A DNA stretch of 64,000 nt. It comes from Gemmatimonadota bacterium (lineage in GTDB: Bacteria; Gemmatimonadota; Gemmatimonadetes; Gemmatimonadales; Gemmatimonadaceae). How positions within the stretch are numbered: the first letter of the stretch is position 1; each line of letters opens with the position of its first letter. Both the position numbers and the translations under genes were made by a program. A model generated the notes under the pieces. It ran no database searches and was not told the DNA's origin. It saw only the letters and a program-made list of their open reading frames with translations. The stretch lies in assembly GCA_016218305.1 (NCBI GenBank), contig JACREJ010000025.1:243-64242 (forward strand), given 5' to 3'. Positions 40,779 to 50,066 of the stretch are shown here, piece after piece.

Positions 40779-42064
40779 CAGGCCCCCTTCCCGTTCAGGA
40801 GATCACTGCGGTCCGCGACGGCGCGCAGCTGTGCCACTTCTTCGCGCTGCAGCCGCGAGAACGCCGGGCTGATGATGCGCCCGCGGTCGAGCACCCAGAA
40901 CACCAGCACCACGAACACCAGGTTCATGCCGAGCATCGCGCCGCGGAACGCCATCCCGTCGCGCGCCAGGCCCGCGAAGTCGAGGCCCAGCACCATGCTG
41001 GCCACCGCCGTGATGTAGAGGAGCGCCATCGGCAGCAGCACCTTCCAGCCCAGCGACATCAGCTGGTCGTAGCGGAAGCGCGGCACCGTCCAGCGCAGCC
41101 AGATGAAGGCGAAGACGAAGAACATGACCTTGCCGACGTACATGCCCATCGTCAGCAGCGTCTTCGTGATCGTCCACGGCGGCAGGTTGTCCCACGTGGT
41201 GAACGGAATATCCCAGCCGCCGAAGAAGAGCGCGATCATCAGCGAACTGGACGTGATGATGTTCGCGTACTCCGCCAGCGGGAACATGGAGTACCGCATC
41301 GAGCTGTACTCGGCGTGGTAGCCCGCGATCAGCTCCGACTCGGCTTCGGGGAGGTCGAACGGCACGCGGTTCGTCTCGGCGAGGGCCGCTACCGCGAAGA
41401 TGAAGAAGGCCAGCGTCAGCAGGAGCACGTTCCACCCCTGCGTCTGCTGCTGCGAGATGACCGCGCTCAGGTTGACGTTGCCGGCGAGGAGCAGCACGCA
41501 GACGGTGCTCATGCCCATCGCGATCTCGTACGAGATCATCTGCGCCGAGGCGCGGAGGCCGCCGAGGAGCGCGTACTTGTTGTTGGACGACCAGCCCGCG
41601 ATGGTGACGCCGTACACGCCCAGCGAGCTGATGGCGAGGGTGAACAGGAAGCCCACCGGCAGGTCGGCTACGACCATGTCGATGAGGCCGACACCCGGCA
41701 CCGGAAGCGGCGACGCGAACGGAATCACCGCCCAGGTGATCATGGCGGGGACGAAGGCGATCGCCGGCGCCAGGATGAAGAGCGCCTTGTTCACGCCCCC
41801 CGGCATCGACTCTTCCTTCATGAAGTTCTTCACGCCGTCGGCGATCGGCTGGAGGAAGCCCTCCCAGCCCACGCGATTCGGACCGAGACGGTCCTGGATC
41901 CAGGCGGCGACGCGGCGCTCGGCGAGCGTCGTGTAGGCCACGCACAGCATATAGATGCCAAACGCAGCCCCCGCCTTGATGAGGCCGAACAGGATGAACA
42001 TCCCGTCGGTGGGCGGAAGCTGCGGGTTCGCGGCCTGCAGGAGGAGGGACAGCGCGTGCGTCAT
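40778..42064 (-). CDS. nuoH: NADH-quinone oxidoreductase subunit H (extended C-terminus)
   Basis: 428 aa. AERRVAAWIQDRLGPNRVG motif and an extra ~75 aa after the usual C-terminal end. Confidence 0.94.
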   Translation of the reverse strand: MTHALSLLLQAANPQLPPTDGMFILFGLIKAGAAFGIYMLCVAYTTLAERRVAAWIQDRLGPNRVGWEGFLQPIADGVKNFMKEESMPGGVNKALFILAPAIAFVPAMITWAVIPFASPLPVPGVGLIDMVVADLPVGFLFTLAISSLGVYGVTIAGWSSNNKYALLGGLRASAQMISYEIAMGMSTVCVLLLAGNVNLSAVISQQQTQGWNVLLLTLAFFIFAVAALAETNRVPFDLPEAESELIAGYHAEYSSMRYSMFPLAEYANIITSSSLMIALFFGGWDIPFTTWDNLPPWTITKTLLTMGMYVGKVMFFVFAFIWLRWTVPRFRYDQLMSLGWKVLLPMALLYITAVASMVLGLDFAGLARDGMAFRGAMLGMNLVFVVLVFWVLDRGRIISPAFSRLQREEVAQLRAVADRSDLLNGKGA

Positions 42065-43590
42065 GCGGTCACCCCCGCTCCGGCCGCCATCTGGCCCTTG
42101 AGTCCAAGCGAGTCATAGCTCATTCCGCTGAAGGCGGCCTCGGCCTTGGCCATCGCGGTAAAGACCGCCTCGGCCGAGTCGTACGCGCCGGGCTTCCCGG
42201 CTGCCGCGGCGAGACCCGCGAGCGCCATCCAGCTGGCGCGCGCCATCCCGGGCGCGGGGCGTGCCTGCAGGTAGCGCTGCGTGCGCCCGCGCAGGTTCGT
42301 GAAGGTCCCTTCCTCTTCCGCGAAATTCGCGATCGGGAGGAGGATGGCGCCGGCCGGCAGCCCCGTGGGCGCCACCGTGCCGATGAAGATCACCGCGCTG
42401 GCGCCGGACAGCGCCGACGTGTCGAGTCCGTCGCAGTCGTCGCCCGCGATCACCACCACCTTGCCCGCGCCCGCGAGCGGCTGGTCGGCGCGGCTGAAGC
42501 CGAGCATCTCCGCACCCGTCGCATTCGGGGCGCGGTCGGCGCGCAGCGCGAGGTCCTTGACGCCCGGCAGCGGCGCCTCGGCCCCCTTGGCGACGCGGAA
42601 CTTGCCCGTCCCCGCCGCCTGCTTGAGCAGCCAGAGCGCTTCATTGGACATGGATGCGCTGGCCACGACGTGCGCGCTGGCGCCCTTGAGCGCGGCGCCG
42701 GCGGCGGACAGGGCCGCCTCCCACGAAGCCAGCTTCCCTGCAACGACCGGCGTCTCGAGCCGATCATCGCGGTTGATCCACTGGTAGTTGAGGCGGCCCT
42801 CGTCGCACATGTAGTACTGGTTGACGTCGGCGTTGGACCGCGGCTTCATCCGCACCACGTTCCCGTCGCGCGTCTCCAGCGTGACGTTGCAGCCCTGCGA
42901 GCAGTTGGGGCAGACCGACGCCGTGCGGTCGAGCTCCCACGCGCGTGCCTTGTTCAGGAAGTCCTTGCTGACCAGCGCGCCCACCGGGCACAGGTCGATC
43001 ACGTTGGCCGCCCAGGGGTGCGTCAGGTCGTGGTCGGGCGCGATGCCGATGCGCGCGCGATCGCCGCGCTCCTCCACACAGAGCGCCTCGTCACCGGCGA
43101 CATCGTCCATGAAGCGAACGCAGCGCGTGCAGAGGATGCAGCGGTTGGTGACGTACATGACGTCGCCGCCGAAGTCCTCGGCCGGGTTGAAGCGCTTCGG
43201 CTCGTGATACCGCGAGTCGGCGCGCCCTTCCTGGAAGGTGTAGTCCTGCAGCTCGCACTCGCCGGCCTGGTCGCAGATCGGGCAGTCGAGCGGATGGTTG
43301 ATGAGGAGCAGCTCGAGCACGCCCTTGCGGGCGTCGAGCGCCTTCTGGCTGTAGACATGCACCACCTGTCCCTCACCGACGGTCGTCGCGCAGGACGGCG
43401 CCAGCTTCGGGAACTTCTCCACTTCCACGAGGCACATGCGGCAGACGCCCGCGATCTTGAGCCCGGGGTGGTAGCAGTAGTGCGGGATGAGCACCCCGGC
43501 GGTCTTGGCCGCCTCGAGGATGGTCGTCCCCTCGGGGACGCTGACCGCGCGTCCCTCGATGGTCAGGGTGATGAGCTTCGGGTCGGTCAT
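42061..43590 (-). CDS. nuoG: NADH-quinone oxidoreductase subunit G (short form)
   Basis: ORF trimmed to MTDPKLITLTIEGRAV (ATG 43590, 1-nt overlap with the nuoF stop). 2Fe-2S and 4Fe-4S Cys motifs (CYHPGLKIAGVCRMC; HPLDCPICDQAGEC; CILCTRCVRF; CPVGAL); 509 aa. Confidence 0.92.
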   Translation of the reverse strand: MTDPKLITLTIEGRAVSVPEGTTILEAAKTAGVLIPHYCYHPGLKIAGVCRMCLVEVEKFPKLAPSCATTVGEGQVVHVYSQKALDARKGVLELLLINHPLDCPICDQAGECELQDYTFQEGRADSRYHEPKRFNPAEDFGGDVMYVTNRCILCTRCVRFMDDVAGDEALCVEERGDRARIGIAPDHDLTHPWAANVIDLCPVGALVSKDFLNKARAWELDRTASVCPNCSQGCNVTLETRDGNVVRMKPRSNADVNQYYMCDEGRLNYQWINRDDRLETPVVAGKLASWEAALSAAGAALKGASAHVVASASMSNEALWLLKQAAGTGKFRVAKGAEAPLPGVKDLALRADRAPNATGAEMLGFSRADQPLAGAGKVVVIAGDDCDGLDTSALSGASAVIFIGTVAPTGLPAGAILLPIANFAEEEGTFTNLRGRTQRYLQARPAPGMARASWMALAGLAAAAGKPGAYDSAEAVFTAMAKAEAAFSGMSYDSLGLKGQMAAGAGVTA

Positions 43591-44900
43591 CAGGCCGTCA
43601 CCGCCACGGTGGATGAGCGCTTGCCGGAGATCAGCGCCTCGAACTCGCCGCGGAAGCGCGTAATGCCGCTGCACACGGGCGCGCCGCACGAGTCGCTGAG
43701 CACGCAGATGGTCTTGCCGGTCATGTTCTCGGTCAGCTCGAAGATCGTGTCGAGGTCCTCGTACGTCCCCTGACCCGCCACGATGCGCTCGAGGATCTTG
43801 GTCATCCACGCGGTGCCTTCGCGGCACTGCGTGCACTGCGCGCAGCTCTCGTGCGCGTAGAACCGCGCGAGCCGGGCGAGCTGCTTGGGCATGGACTGCG
43901 CGTCGTCGAAGATGATGACGCCGCCGGAGCCCAGCATCGTGCCGAACTCCATGAAGCCCTCATAGTCCATCTTGACCTGCTCGGCTTCCTCGATCGTGAT
44001 CACCGGCACCGACGACCCGCCGGGGATGATCGCCTTGAACTTCCGGCCCGGCAGCGGTCCGCCGCACAGGTCGTACAGGAATTCCTTGAACGAGAAGCCC
44101 ATCGGCACTTCGTAGTTGCCGGGGCGCGCCACGTTGCCGCAGACCGAGAAGAGCTTGCTGCCGGTGCTCTTGGGGCTGCCGAGGCACATCGCCTTGTACC
44201 ACTCGGCGCCGTTGTTGAGGATGTGCGGCACCGCGGCCAGGGTCTCGACGTTGTTGACGGTCGTCGGCATGCCGAAGACGCCCGCCACCGCCGGGAAGGG
44301 CGGCTTGATGCGCGGATTGCCGCGGCGCCCCTCGATGGAGTTCATGAGGGCGGTCTCTTCGCCGCAGATGTACGCGCCGGCGCCGCGATGCACCCACATG
44401 TTGATCGTCTTGCCCGAGCCGCAGGCGTTGGGGCCGATCATCCCGGCCGCGCGCGCCTCGTCCAGCGCCTTCTCCATGACGGCGATGGGCTCGGTGAACT
44501 CGCCGCGGATGTAGATGTAGGTCGTCTCGGCACCGATTGCGTGCGCGGCAATCGCGCATCCCTCGATGAGCTGGTGCGGCGTCCACCGCATGATCTCGCG
44601 GTCCTTGAACGTTCCCGGCTCGGACTCGTCGGCGTTGCAGCACAGGTAGTGCGGCTTGCCGTCGTTCAGCTTCATGAACGACCACTTGAGGCCGGTCGGG
44701 AAGCCGGCGCCGCCGCGACCGCGCAGCCCGGATTCCTTGACGACGTTCTGGATGGCCACCGGGTCGGTGGCCAGCGCCTGCGGCAGCGCCTTATAGCCGC
44801 CGCGCGCCTTCCACCCCTCCAGCGTGCGTGCCTCGGGGTCGCCGAAGTACTTGCTGAGGATCGGTGTTTCGCGCGGATGGCTCTTGTGTGGATAGCCCAT
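43590..44900 (-). CDS. nuoF: NADH-quinone oxidoreductase subunit F
   Basis: 436 aa. GRGGAGFPTGLKW, the FMN/NADH site and a SCAQCTQCREG cluster. Confidence 0.97.
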   Translation of the reverse strand: MGYPHKSHPRETPILSKYFGDPEARTLEGWKARGGYKALPQALATDPVAIQNVVKESGLRGRGGAGFPTGLKWSFMKLNDGKPHYLCCNADESEPGTFKDREIMRWTPHQLIEGCAIAAHAIGAETTYIYIRGEFTEPIAVMEKALDEARAAGMIGPNACGSGKTINMWVHRGAGAYICGEETALMNSIEGRRGNPRIKPPFPAVAGVFGMPTTVNNVETLAAVPHILNNGAEWYKAMCLGSPKSTGSKLFSVCGNVARPGNYEVPMGFSFKEFLYDLCGGPLPGRKFKAIIPGGSSVPVITIEEAEQVKMDYEGFMEFGTMLGSGGVIIFDDAQSMPKQLARLARFYAHESCAQCTQCREGTAWMTKILERIVAGQGTYEDLDTIFELTENMTGKTICVLSDSCGAPVCSGITRFRGEFEALISGKRSSTVAVTA

Positions 44901-44903
44901 AGT

Positions 44904-44931
44904 TCAGACGGGAGACGGGTGACGGGAGACT
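44904..44931. repeat. G-rich heptamer array (tcagacg ggagacg ggtgacg ggagact) in the nuoF leader
   Basis: 4 x 7 nt, 3 nt upstream of the nuoF ATG. The mRNA strand is C/T-rich (AGTCTCCCGTCACCCGTCTCCCGTCTGA). Confidence 0.75.
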
Positions 44932-44946
44932 TGCCCTACGAGGTAC

Positions 44947-44990
44947 TGTTGTCTCTCTGTTGTTTCTCTGTTGTCTCTCTGTTGTTTCTC
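44947..44990 (-). repeat. 11-nt tandem repeat array (GAGARACAACA x4) starting directly after the nuoE stop
   Basis: Plus strand tgttgtctctc tgttgtttctc tgttgtctctc tgttgtttctc. About 40% GC in a ~67% GC context. Confidence 0.9.
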
Positions 44991-45542
44991 TTACGCGTAC
45001 TGCTTGAGTATCTCCGGCACCTTCTCCACGCTCACGCTGTCGATGAAGTCGTTGTTGATCATGATTGGCGTCGCAAACCCGCACGCCCCTAAGCACTCGA
45101 CTTCTATCACCGTGTACTTGCCGTCAGCCGACGTCAGGCCGAGCTCACCGCAGCCGGTCTTCTCGAGGAAGGCCTTCACCACGTCCTCGGCGCCCATGCA
45201 ATTGCAGCAGGACGTCGTGCAGACCTGGATGAAGTACTTCCCCACTGGATGCTGGTGGTACATGGTGTAGAACGTCACCACGCCCTTGACGTAGGCGGCG
45301 GTGAGGCCGAGCACGTCGCCGACTTCCTTCATCGCGTGCTCGCTGACCCAGCCGCGCTCGTCCTGCACGATCCACAGCGCGGGCAGCAAGCCGGCCTGCT
45401 TGGTGGGATAGCGCGTCAGGATGTCGTCGAGCTTGGCGCGCGGCGCCGACCCGGCCGTGAAGACCGGCACATACGGTTCGTCGTGGTGCCCGTGCGCTGG
45501 CTGCGCTACTGCCCCGCCGGATGCTGATGGTCCGTGGCTCAT
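44991..45542 (-). CDS. nuoE: NADH-quinone oxidoreductase subunit E
   Basis: 183 aa. 2Fe-2S motif CTTSCCNCMG...CLGACG. Confidence 0.95.
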   Translation of the reverse strand: MSHGPSASGGAVAQPAHGHHDEPYVPVFTAGSAPRAKLDDILTRYPTKQAGLLPALWIVQDERGWVSEHAMKEVGDVLGLTAAYVKGVVTFYTMYHQHPVGKYFIQVCTTSCCNCMGAEDVVKAFLEKTGCGELGLTSADGKYTVIEVECLGACGFATPIMINNDFIDSVSVEKVPEILKQYA

Positions 45543-45559
45543 GCGTCCCCTCGCCCGTC

Positions 45560-45603
45560 TGTTGTCTCTCGGTTGCTTCTCTGTTGTCTCTCTGTTGTCT
45601 CTC
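45560..45603 (-). repeat. 11-nt tandem repeat array (GAGAGACAACA-type x4) starting directly after the nuoD stop
   Basis: Plus strand tgttgtctctc ggttgcttctc tgttgtctctc tgttgtctctc. It abuts the nuoD TGA (45606..45604) and ends 17 nt before the nuoE ATG. Confidence 0.9.
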
Positions 45604-46911
45604 TCACCGATCGATCTCTCCCATCACGATGTCGATCGACGCATTGATGGCAATCACGTCGGATAGCAGGTGCCCCTCGACCATCTTGGGAATGGCCGAG
45701 AGGTTCACGAACGACGGGGGCCGGATGCGCCAGCGCACCGGCTTGGCCGTGCCGTCCGACACCATGTAGTAGCCCTTCTCCCCCTTGGGGGCCTCGACGG
45801 CCACGTACGACTCGCCGATGGCCGGGCGCGGTCCTTCCATCACGTTCTTGAAGTGATGGATCATGCTCTCCATCTCGCTCGTCGCCTTGTGCTTGGGCGG
45901 CAGGATGACGCGCGGGTCGTCCACGTTCACCGGGCCGTCGGGAAGGCGGGCGATGGCCTGCTCAATGATGCGCACGGACTGCCGCATCTCCTCCATGCGC
46001 ACGAGGTAGCGGTCGTACACGTCGCCGTGCACGCCCACCGGCACCTCAAAGTCGTACGTCTCGTAGTCGAGATACGGGAAGTCCTTGCGGACGTCGTAGT
46101 CCACGCCCGACGCGCGCAGCATCGGGCCCGAGAGGCCGTAGTTGAGCGCCTCCTCGGGGTTCATCACGCCCAGCCCCACCGTGCGGCCCACCCAGATGCC
46201 GTTGCGCGTCAGCATGCGGTCGCACTCGCTCAGCGTCTTCGGGAACGTGCGGACGAAGGCCTTGAGCCCGTCGAGCCAGCCGTCGGGAATGTCGGCGGCC
46301 ATCCCGCCCACGCGCGAGGCGCTCGTCGTGAGGCGCGCGCCCACCCACCCCTCGAACAGGTTGTAGATGTTCTCGCGCTCCTGGAACGACCACAGGAACG
46401 GCGTGAAGGCGCCGATGTCGATGCCCGTCGTCCCCATCCAGACCAGGTGCGACGCAATGCGCGACAGCTCCATGCCGATGACGCGCAGCACGGTGCAGCG
46501 CGGCGTGATCTCGATGCCGAACAGCTTCTCGGCGCCGAGGGAGAAGGCGATGTTGTTGCCGACGCAGTTCAGGTAGTCGTCGCGGTCGGTCCAGGGAATG
46601 ATCTGGTTGTACTGGCGGTACTCGCCGATCTTCTCGAAGCCGCAATGCAGGTAGCCGATGTGCGGGATGCACCGCACCACCGTCTCGCCGTCGAGCTCGA
46701 GCACGAGGCGGAGCACGCCGTGCGTCGCCGGATGCTGCGGCCCGATGTTGATGAGCATGTGCTCGCCCTCGAGCTCCGGCTCGAGCGCGGGCGGCGCCTG
46801 CAGGGCGAGGCCGCCGGTGTCGCCGGCGACGAGCGGAATGCGCTGCGGCTTGCCGTCGGCGCCGAGGCCGGTGGTCGAGAGTTCGACTTCAATCGTGCGC
46901 TTGGTGGCCAT
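45604..46911 (-). CDS. nuoD: NADH-quinone oxidoreductase subunit D
   Basis: 435 aa. NIGPQHPATHGVLRL motif, with SD-like GGGAGAA upstream. Confidence 0.97.
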   Translation of the reverse strand: MATKRTIEVELSTTGLGADGKPQRIPLVAGDTGGLALQAPPALEPELEGEHMLINIGPQHPATHGVLRLVLELDGETVVRCIPHIGYLHCGFEKIGEYRQYNQIIPWTDRDDYLNCVGNNIAFSLGAEKLFGIEITPRCTVLRVIGMELSRIASHLVWMGTTGIDIGAFTPFLWSFQERENIYNLFEGWVGARLTTSASRVGGMAADIPDGWLDGLKAFVRTFPKTLSECDRMLTRNGIWVGRTVGLGVMNPEEALNYGLSGPMLRASGVDYDVRKDFPYLDYETYDFEVPVGVHGDVYDRYLVRMEEMRQSVRIIEQAIARLPDGPVNVDDPRVILPPKHKATSEMESMIHHFKNVMEGPRPAIGESYVAVEAPKGEKGYYMVSDGTAKPVRWRIRPPSFVNLSAIPKMVEGHLLSDVIAINASIDIVMGEIDR

Positions 46912-46914
46912 CGG

Positions 46915-47610
46915 CTATTCTCCCGTGGACTCGCCGCCCTTGATGCGGGCGCGCATGTCGAGCGGAAGCTCCTGGAAGGCGTCGGCGATGGAGAGTTCTT
47001 CCATCGAGTACCGGGCCTCGGGGTTGGCGGCGAGCGCCTGGCGCAGCTGCTCGGCGCGGCTGAGGCGCCCACGGAGCGGGAAATCCTTGCGGAGCGGGAA
47101 TCCTTCCGTGTACTGCTCCCACAGCAGGATGCGCCGCAGGTCGGGGTGCCCCTCGAAGACGATGCCGAACATGTCGTAGCACTCGCGCTCGAGCCAATCG
47201 GCGCCTTTGTAGACCGACCAGACCGACGCGATCTTGAGCGGCTGTCCCTTGGCCAGCGGCGCCTTGAGGCGCAGGAAGCGGCGGTACTTGATGGAGCGCA
47301 GGTGCCAGATCACCTCGATCGGCATGCCGCGATCACGGAACTCCACCGCCGTGACATCGGAGAGGTACTCGTAGCTCTGCGACGGGTCGTCGTGCAGCCA
47401 GCGCACGATGTCGAGGGCGCGGGCGGGGTCGATCGTGACGTTCGTCTCGCCCCACACGACGTCCACCCGCAGGATGGCGGCGCCGAACTGGGCCTTGAGC
47501 GCCTCGGCGGAGGGGTTCGCGTCGCCGCCGCGATGCGGCACGTTCTTGGGCGTCGCGGGCGTCGGCAGTCCCGGCGCCGACCCCGACTGGATCACCGTGA
47601 AGGCGCTCAC
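46915..47610 (-). CDS. nuoC: NADH-quinone oxidoreductase subunit C
   Basis: ORF trimmed to GTG 47610 (GTGA overlap with the nuoB stop). [24 protein letters not shown] motif; 231 aa. Confidence 0.9.
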   Translation of the reverse strand: MSAFTVIQSGSAPGLPTPATPKNVPHRGGDANPSAEALKAQFGAAILRVDVVWGETNVTIDPARALDIVRWLHDDPSQSYEYLSDVTAVEFRDRGMPIEVIWHLRSIKYRRFLRLKAPLAKGQPLKIASVWSVYKGADWLERECYDMFGIVFEGHPDLRRILLWEQYTEGFPLRKDFPLRGRLSRAEQLRQALAANPEARYSMEELSIADAFQELPLDMRARIKGGESTGE

Positions 47611-48233
47611 TGTCCGCTCCGCGTCTGGGGGATGGAGTTCCCGAACTGCTCGGACAGCTTGTCGATGCGCGACGGCGGGATGTAGAGCTGGCTCGTCGGA
47701 TCCGGCTCCATCTCGACGCGGGCCGCGGTGTCGGACATCCGGTCCTTCATCACCTTCTTCTGCAGCATCATGATGGCGTGGATCAGCGCCTCGGGGCGCG
47801 GCGGGCAGCCCGGCACGTACACGTCGATGGGGATGATGGTGTCGATCCCCTGCACGACGGCGTAGTTGTCGAACATGCCGCCCGTGGAGGCGCAGGCGCC
47901 CATGGAGATGGCCCACTTGGGCTGCGGCATCTGCTGCCAGATGCGGCGCAGCACCGGAGCCAGCTTGAACGGAACGCGCCCCGCGCAGATCAGGACGTCA
48001 GCCTGGCGGGGCGAGTATCCCATGCGCTCCATGCCGAAGCGCGCGAGGTCGAACTTGGAGGCGGCGGTCGCCATGAACTCGATGGCGCAGCACGCGGTGC
48101 CGAACGGCATGGGCCACAGTGAGTTGGCGCGTCCCCAGTTGACCAGGAAGTCGAGCCGGGTGGTGATCCACCCCTCGCTGTTGACCGGGTCCACCGAGAC
48201 GACGCTGGGGGTTGGCGTTTGGATCAGTCCCAT
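47607..48233 (-). CDS. nuoB: NADH-quinone oxidoreductase subunit B
   Basis: ORF trimmed to MGLIQTPTP (ATG 48233). N2 cluster motifs [16 protein letters not shown] and GCPPRPE; 208 aa. Confidence 0.94.
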   Translation of the reverse strand: MGLIQTPTPSVVSVDPVNSEGWITTRLDFLVNWGRANSLWPMPFGTACCAIEFMATAASKFDLARFGMERMGYSPRQADVLICAGRVPFKLAPVLRRIWQQMPQPKWAISMGACASTGGMFDNYAVVQGIDTIIPIDVYVPGCPPRPEALIHAIMMLQKKVMKDRMSDTAARVEMEPDPTSQLYIPPSRIDKLSEQFGNSIPQTRSGQ

Positions 48234-48628
48234 TGGAGGGCTCCCTTCTTCCAGACGTAGGCGAAGCCGGCGAAGAGGATGGCCATGAAGACGAGCATTT
48301 CGCCGAGCCCGAAGAACGAGATCTGGCCCGCGGGGCACGCGCCGCCGACGAGCGGCACCGCGCACGAGAGCTGGCGATAGTACGCCGCCCACGGAATCAT
48401 GAACACGGTTTCGATGTCGAACACGATGAACAGCATCGCCACCATGTAGAACTTGATCGAGAACCGCTCGCGGGCATCGCCCAGCGGGGGCATGCCCGAT
48501 TCGTAGGGCTGCTGCTTCACCGGTGTCGGCCGCGTGCGCATCACGAGCTGCGAAAGCCCGATGATGGCCACCGCCGTAAGGATGGCGATGCCGAGCAGGA
48601 AGAGGACGGGTATGTAGTTGCGATCCAT
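48224..48628 (-). CDS. nuoA: NADH-quinone oxidoreductase subunit A
   Basis: ORF 48224..49006 trimmed to [18 protein letters not shown] (ATG 48628). YESGMPP and FDIETVF motifs; 134 aa. Confidence 0.9.
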   Translation of the reverse strand: MDRNYIPVLFLLGIAILTAVAIIGLSQLVMRTRPTPVKQQPYESGMPPLGDARERFSIKFYMVAMLFIVFDIETVFMIPWAAYYRQLSCAVPLVGGACPAGQISFFGLGEMLVFMAILFAGFAYVWKKGALQWD

Positions 48629-48644
48629 GCCAGTTAGTCCCACT

Positions 48645-48662
48645 TCGTGAAAGAATTCACGA
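48645..48662. promoter_or_regulatory. Palindrome TCGTGAA-AGAA-TTCACGA (CRP/FNR-type core GTGA-N6-TCAC) in the nuoA leader
   Basis: 7-bp perfect inverted arms, 17-34 nt upstream of the nuoA ATG and downstream of the predicted -10. Confidence 0.4.
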
Positions 48663-48679
48663 GCGCACATTGACTCGGA

Positions 48680-48709
48680 AAAGTAGACGTTGTGCGCGGA
48701 GAGTGTCAA
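48680..48709 (-). promoter_or_regulatory. Sigma-70-type promoter of the nuo operon
   Basis: Minus strand reads TTGACA-CTCTCCGCGCACAACGTC(18)-TACTTT, about 50 nt upstream of the nuoA ATG, in an AT-richer divergent region. Confidence 0.5.
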
Positions 48710-48911
48710 CGCATGATTATAGATGGCGGATAAGGAATTGCCCGATGAATTGTGAGGGATTGTTGCGCGCGCAGATTGCGAAATGCGGGGCCCCTCGTTC
48801 CGCAGGCCTCCGCGCCCGGAGCCTCCCCCTCCCAGGGCCCTGCACGCGCGCCCTTCCTCAGACCCCGCGCGAAGGCGTAATTTTGCCCGAACCCCTAACC
48901 CCCTGCGCGCA

Positions 48912-49466
48912 ATGACCATCCAGAACGACGCCTGGATCACCGAGATGGCCGAGAAACACGGCATGATCGAGCCCTTCGAGAACTCGCAGGTGCGCTCGGG
49001 CGTCATCTCCTACGGCGTCAGCGCCTACGGCTACGACATGCGCGTGGCGCGCGAGTTCAAGATCTTCACCAACGTCCTGAACTCCATCGTGGACCCCAAG
49101 TTCTTCGATCCCAAGAGCTTCGTGGAATGGGAGGGCGACGTGTGCATCGTGCCGCCCAACTCCTTCGCGCTGGCGCGCAGCGTGGAGTACTTCCGCATCC
49201 CGCGCGACGTCATGACCATCACCGTGGGCAAGAGCACCTACGCCCGCTGCGGGATCATCACCAACGTCACGCCCTTCGAGCCGGAGTGGGAAGGCTACGT
49301 GACGCTGGAGATCAGCAACACGACGCCGCTGCCGGCGAAGATCTACGCCAATGAGGGGATCGCGCAGGTGCTCTTCTTCAAGGGCAACGCCCCGCCGGTG
49401 ACGAGCTACAAGGACAAGAAGGGGAAGTATCAGGGTCAGGTGGGCGTGACGCTGCCGAAGATCTAG
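48912..49466 (+). CDS. dcd: dCTP deaminase
   Basis: ORF 48783..49466 trimmed to [22 protein letters not shown] (ATG 48912). [10 protein letters not shown] and the [24 protein letters not shown] region; 184 aa. Confidence 0.95.
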   Translation: MTIQNDAWITEMAEKHGMIEPFENSQVRSGVISYGVSAYGYDMRVAREFKIFTNVLNSIVDPKFFDPKSFVEWEGDVCIVPPNSFALARSVEYFRIPRDVMTITVGKSTYARCGIITNVTPFEPEWEGYVTLEISNTTPLPAKIYANEGIAQVLFFKGNAPPVTSYKDKKGKYQGQVGVTLPKI

Positions 49467-49476
49467 GACTTCCCTG

Positions 49477-49540
49477 CCACCACGAAGTACGAAGGGCGCG
49501 AAGGGGCGCGATGGGCTCGCTTGTGCGGCGGGCCCTTTCC
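49477..49540. repeat. REP/MITE-like element, copy C (one well-conserved arm, degenerate partner)
   Basis: ccaccacgaagtacgaagggcgcgaaggggcgcgatggg ... gggccctttcc, starting 11 nt after the dcd TAG. Confidence 0.55.
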
Positions 49541-49556
49541 ACACGGGGGAACTGCC

Positions 49557-50051
49557 ATGCAATTGAAACGCTGCTCAGCGTCTGCCGCGCTACTTGTCGC
49601 CGTGTGCGCGTGGTCCGCGAGCGCCCAGTCTCCACGCTCGCCCGACGAAGCCGCCGCCATCGCCGCCGCCGACTCTCTCCTCGCCGCACTGTCACGCGAC
49701 GACAAGGCGGCGCTGGCCCGCTTCACCACGGATTCCGCCATCCTCGGCTATTCCGCGATTCGCGGCGGTGCGGAGCGTGTACGCGTGCACTCGGTGGCAG
49801 AGGTGCTCGCGCAGCCGTCCTCCGTGCGCATCACCGAACGCGGATTCGGCGCCACCGCGCGCGTCCAGGACCGACTGGCTCAGGTCTGGATGCCGTACGA
49901 CATCTACATCGACGGCAAGTGGTCGCACTGCGGCATCGATGCCTTCACGCTGCTGAAGATCGCCGGCCACTGGCGCGTGGCCTCGCTGTTCTACACGGTC
50001 GAGCAACCGCCGGCGTGCCAGCCGCACCCCGCCGGACCGCCCGGGCGCTGA
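49557..50051 (+). CDS. Secreted NTF2-like/SnoaL-like (DUF4440 or lumazine-binding-type) protein
   Basis: ORF trimmed to MQLKRCSASAALLVAVCAWSASAQ (signal peptide). C-terminal ...VWMPYDIYIDGKWSHCGIDAFTLLKIAGHWRVASL pattern of the NTF2-like cone fold. Confidence 0.55.
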   Translation: MQLKRCSASAALLVAVCAWSASAQSPRSPDEAAAIAAADSLLAALSRDDKAALARFTTDSAILGYSAIRGGAERVRVHSVAEVLAQPSSVRITERGFGATARVQDRLAQVWMPYDIYIDGKWSHCGIDAFTLLKIAGHWRVASLFYTVEQPPACQPHPAGPPGR

Positions 50052-50066
50052 TGCTGTTCGGTTCGA

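Noticed and set aside
44947-45603. Could the 11-nt arrays be a CRISPR array?
   Set aside because: The units are contiguous with no spacers, are only 11 nt long and occur four times each. No cas genes are present in the window.
48710-48911. Promoter for the plus-strand dcd gene in the divergent region
   Set aside because: Several partial hexamers are present (TTGACT at 48670, TTGCCC, TAACCC), but none combines a -35 and a -10 at proper spacing. I could not support a specific call.
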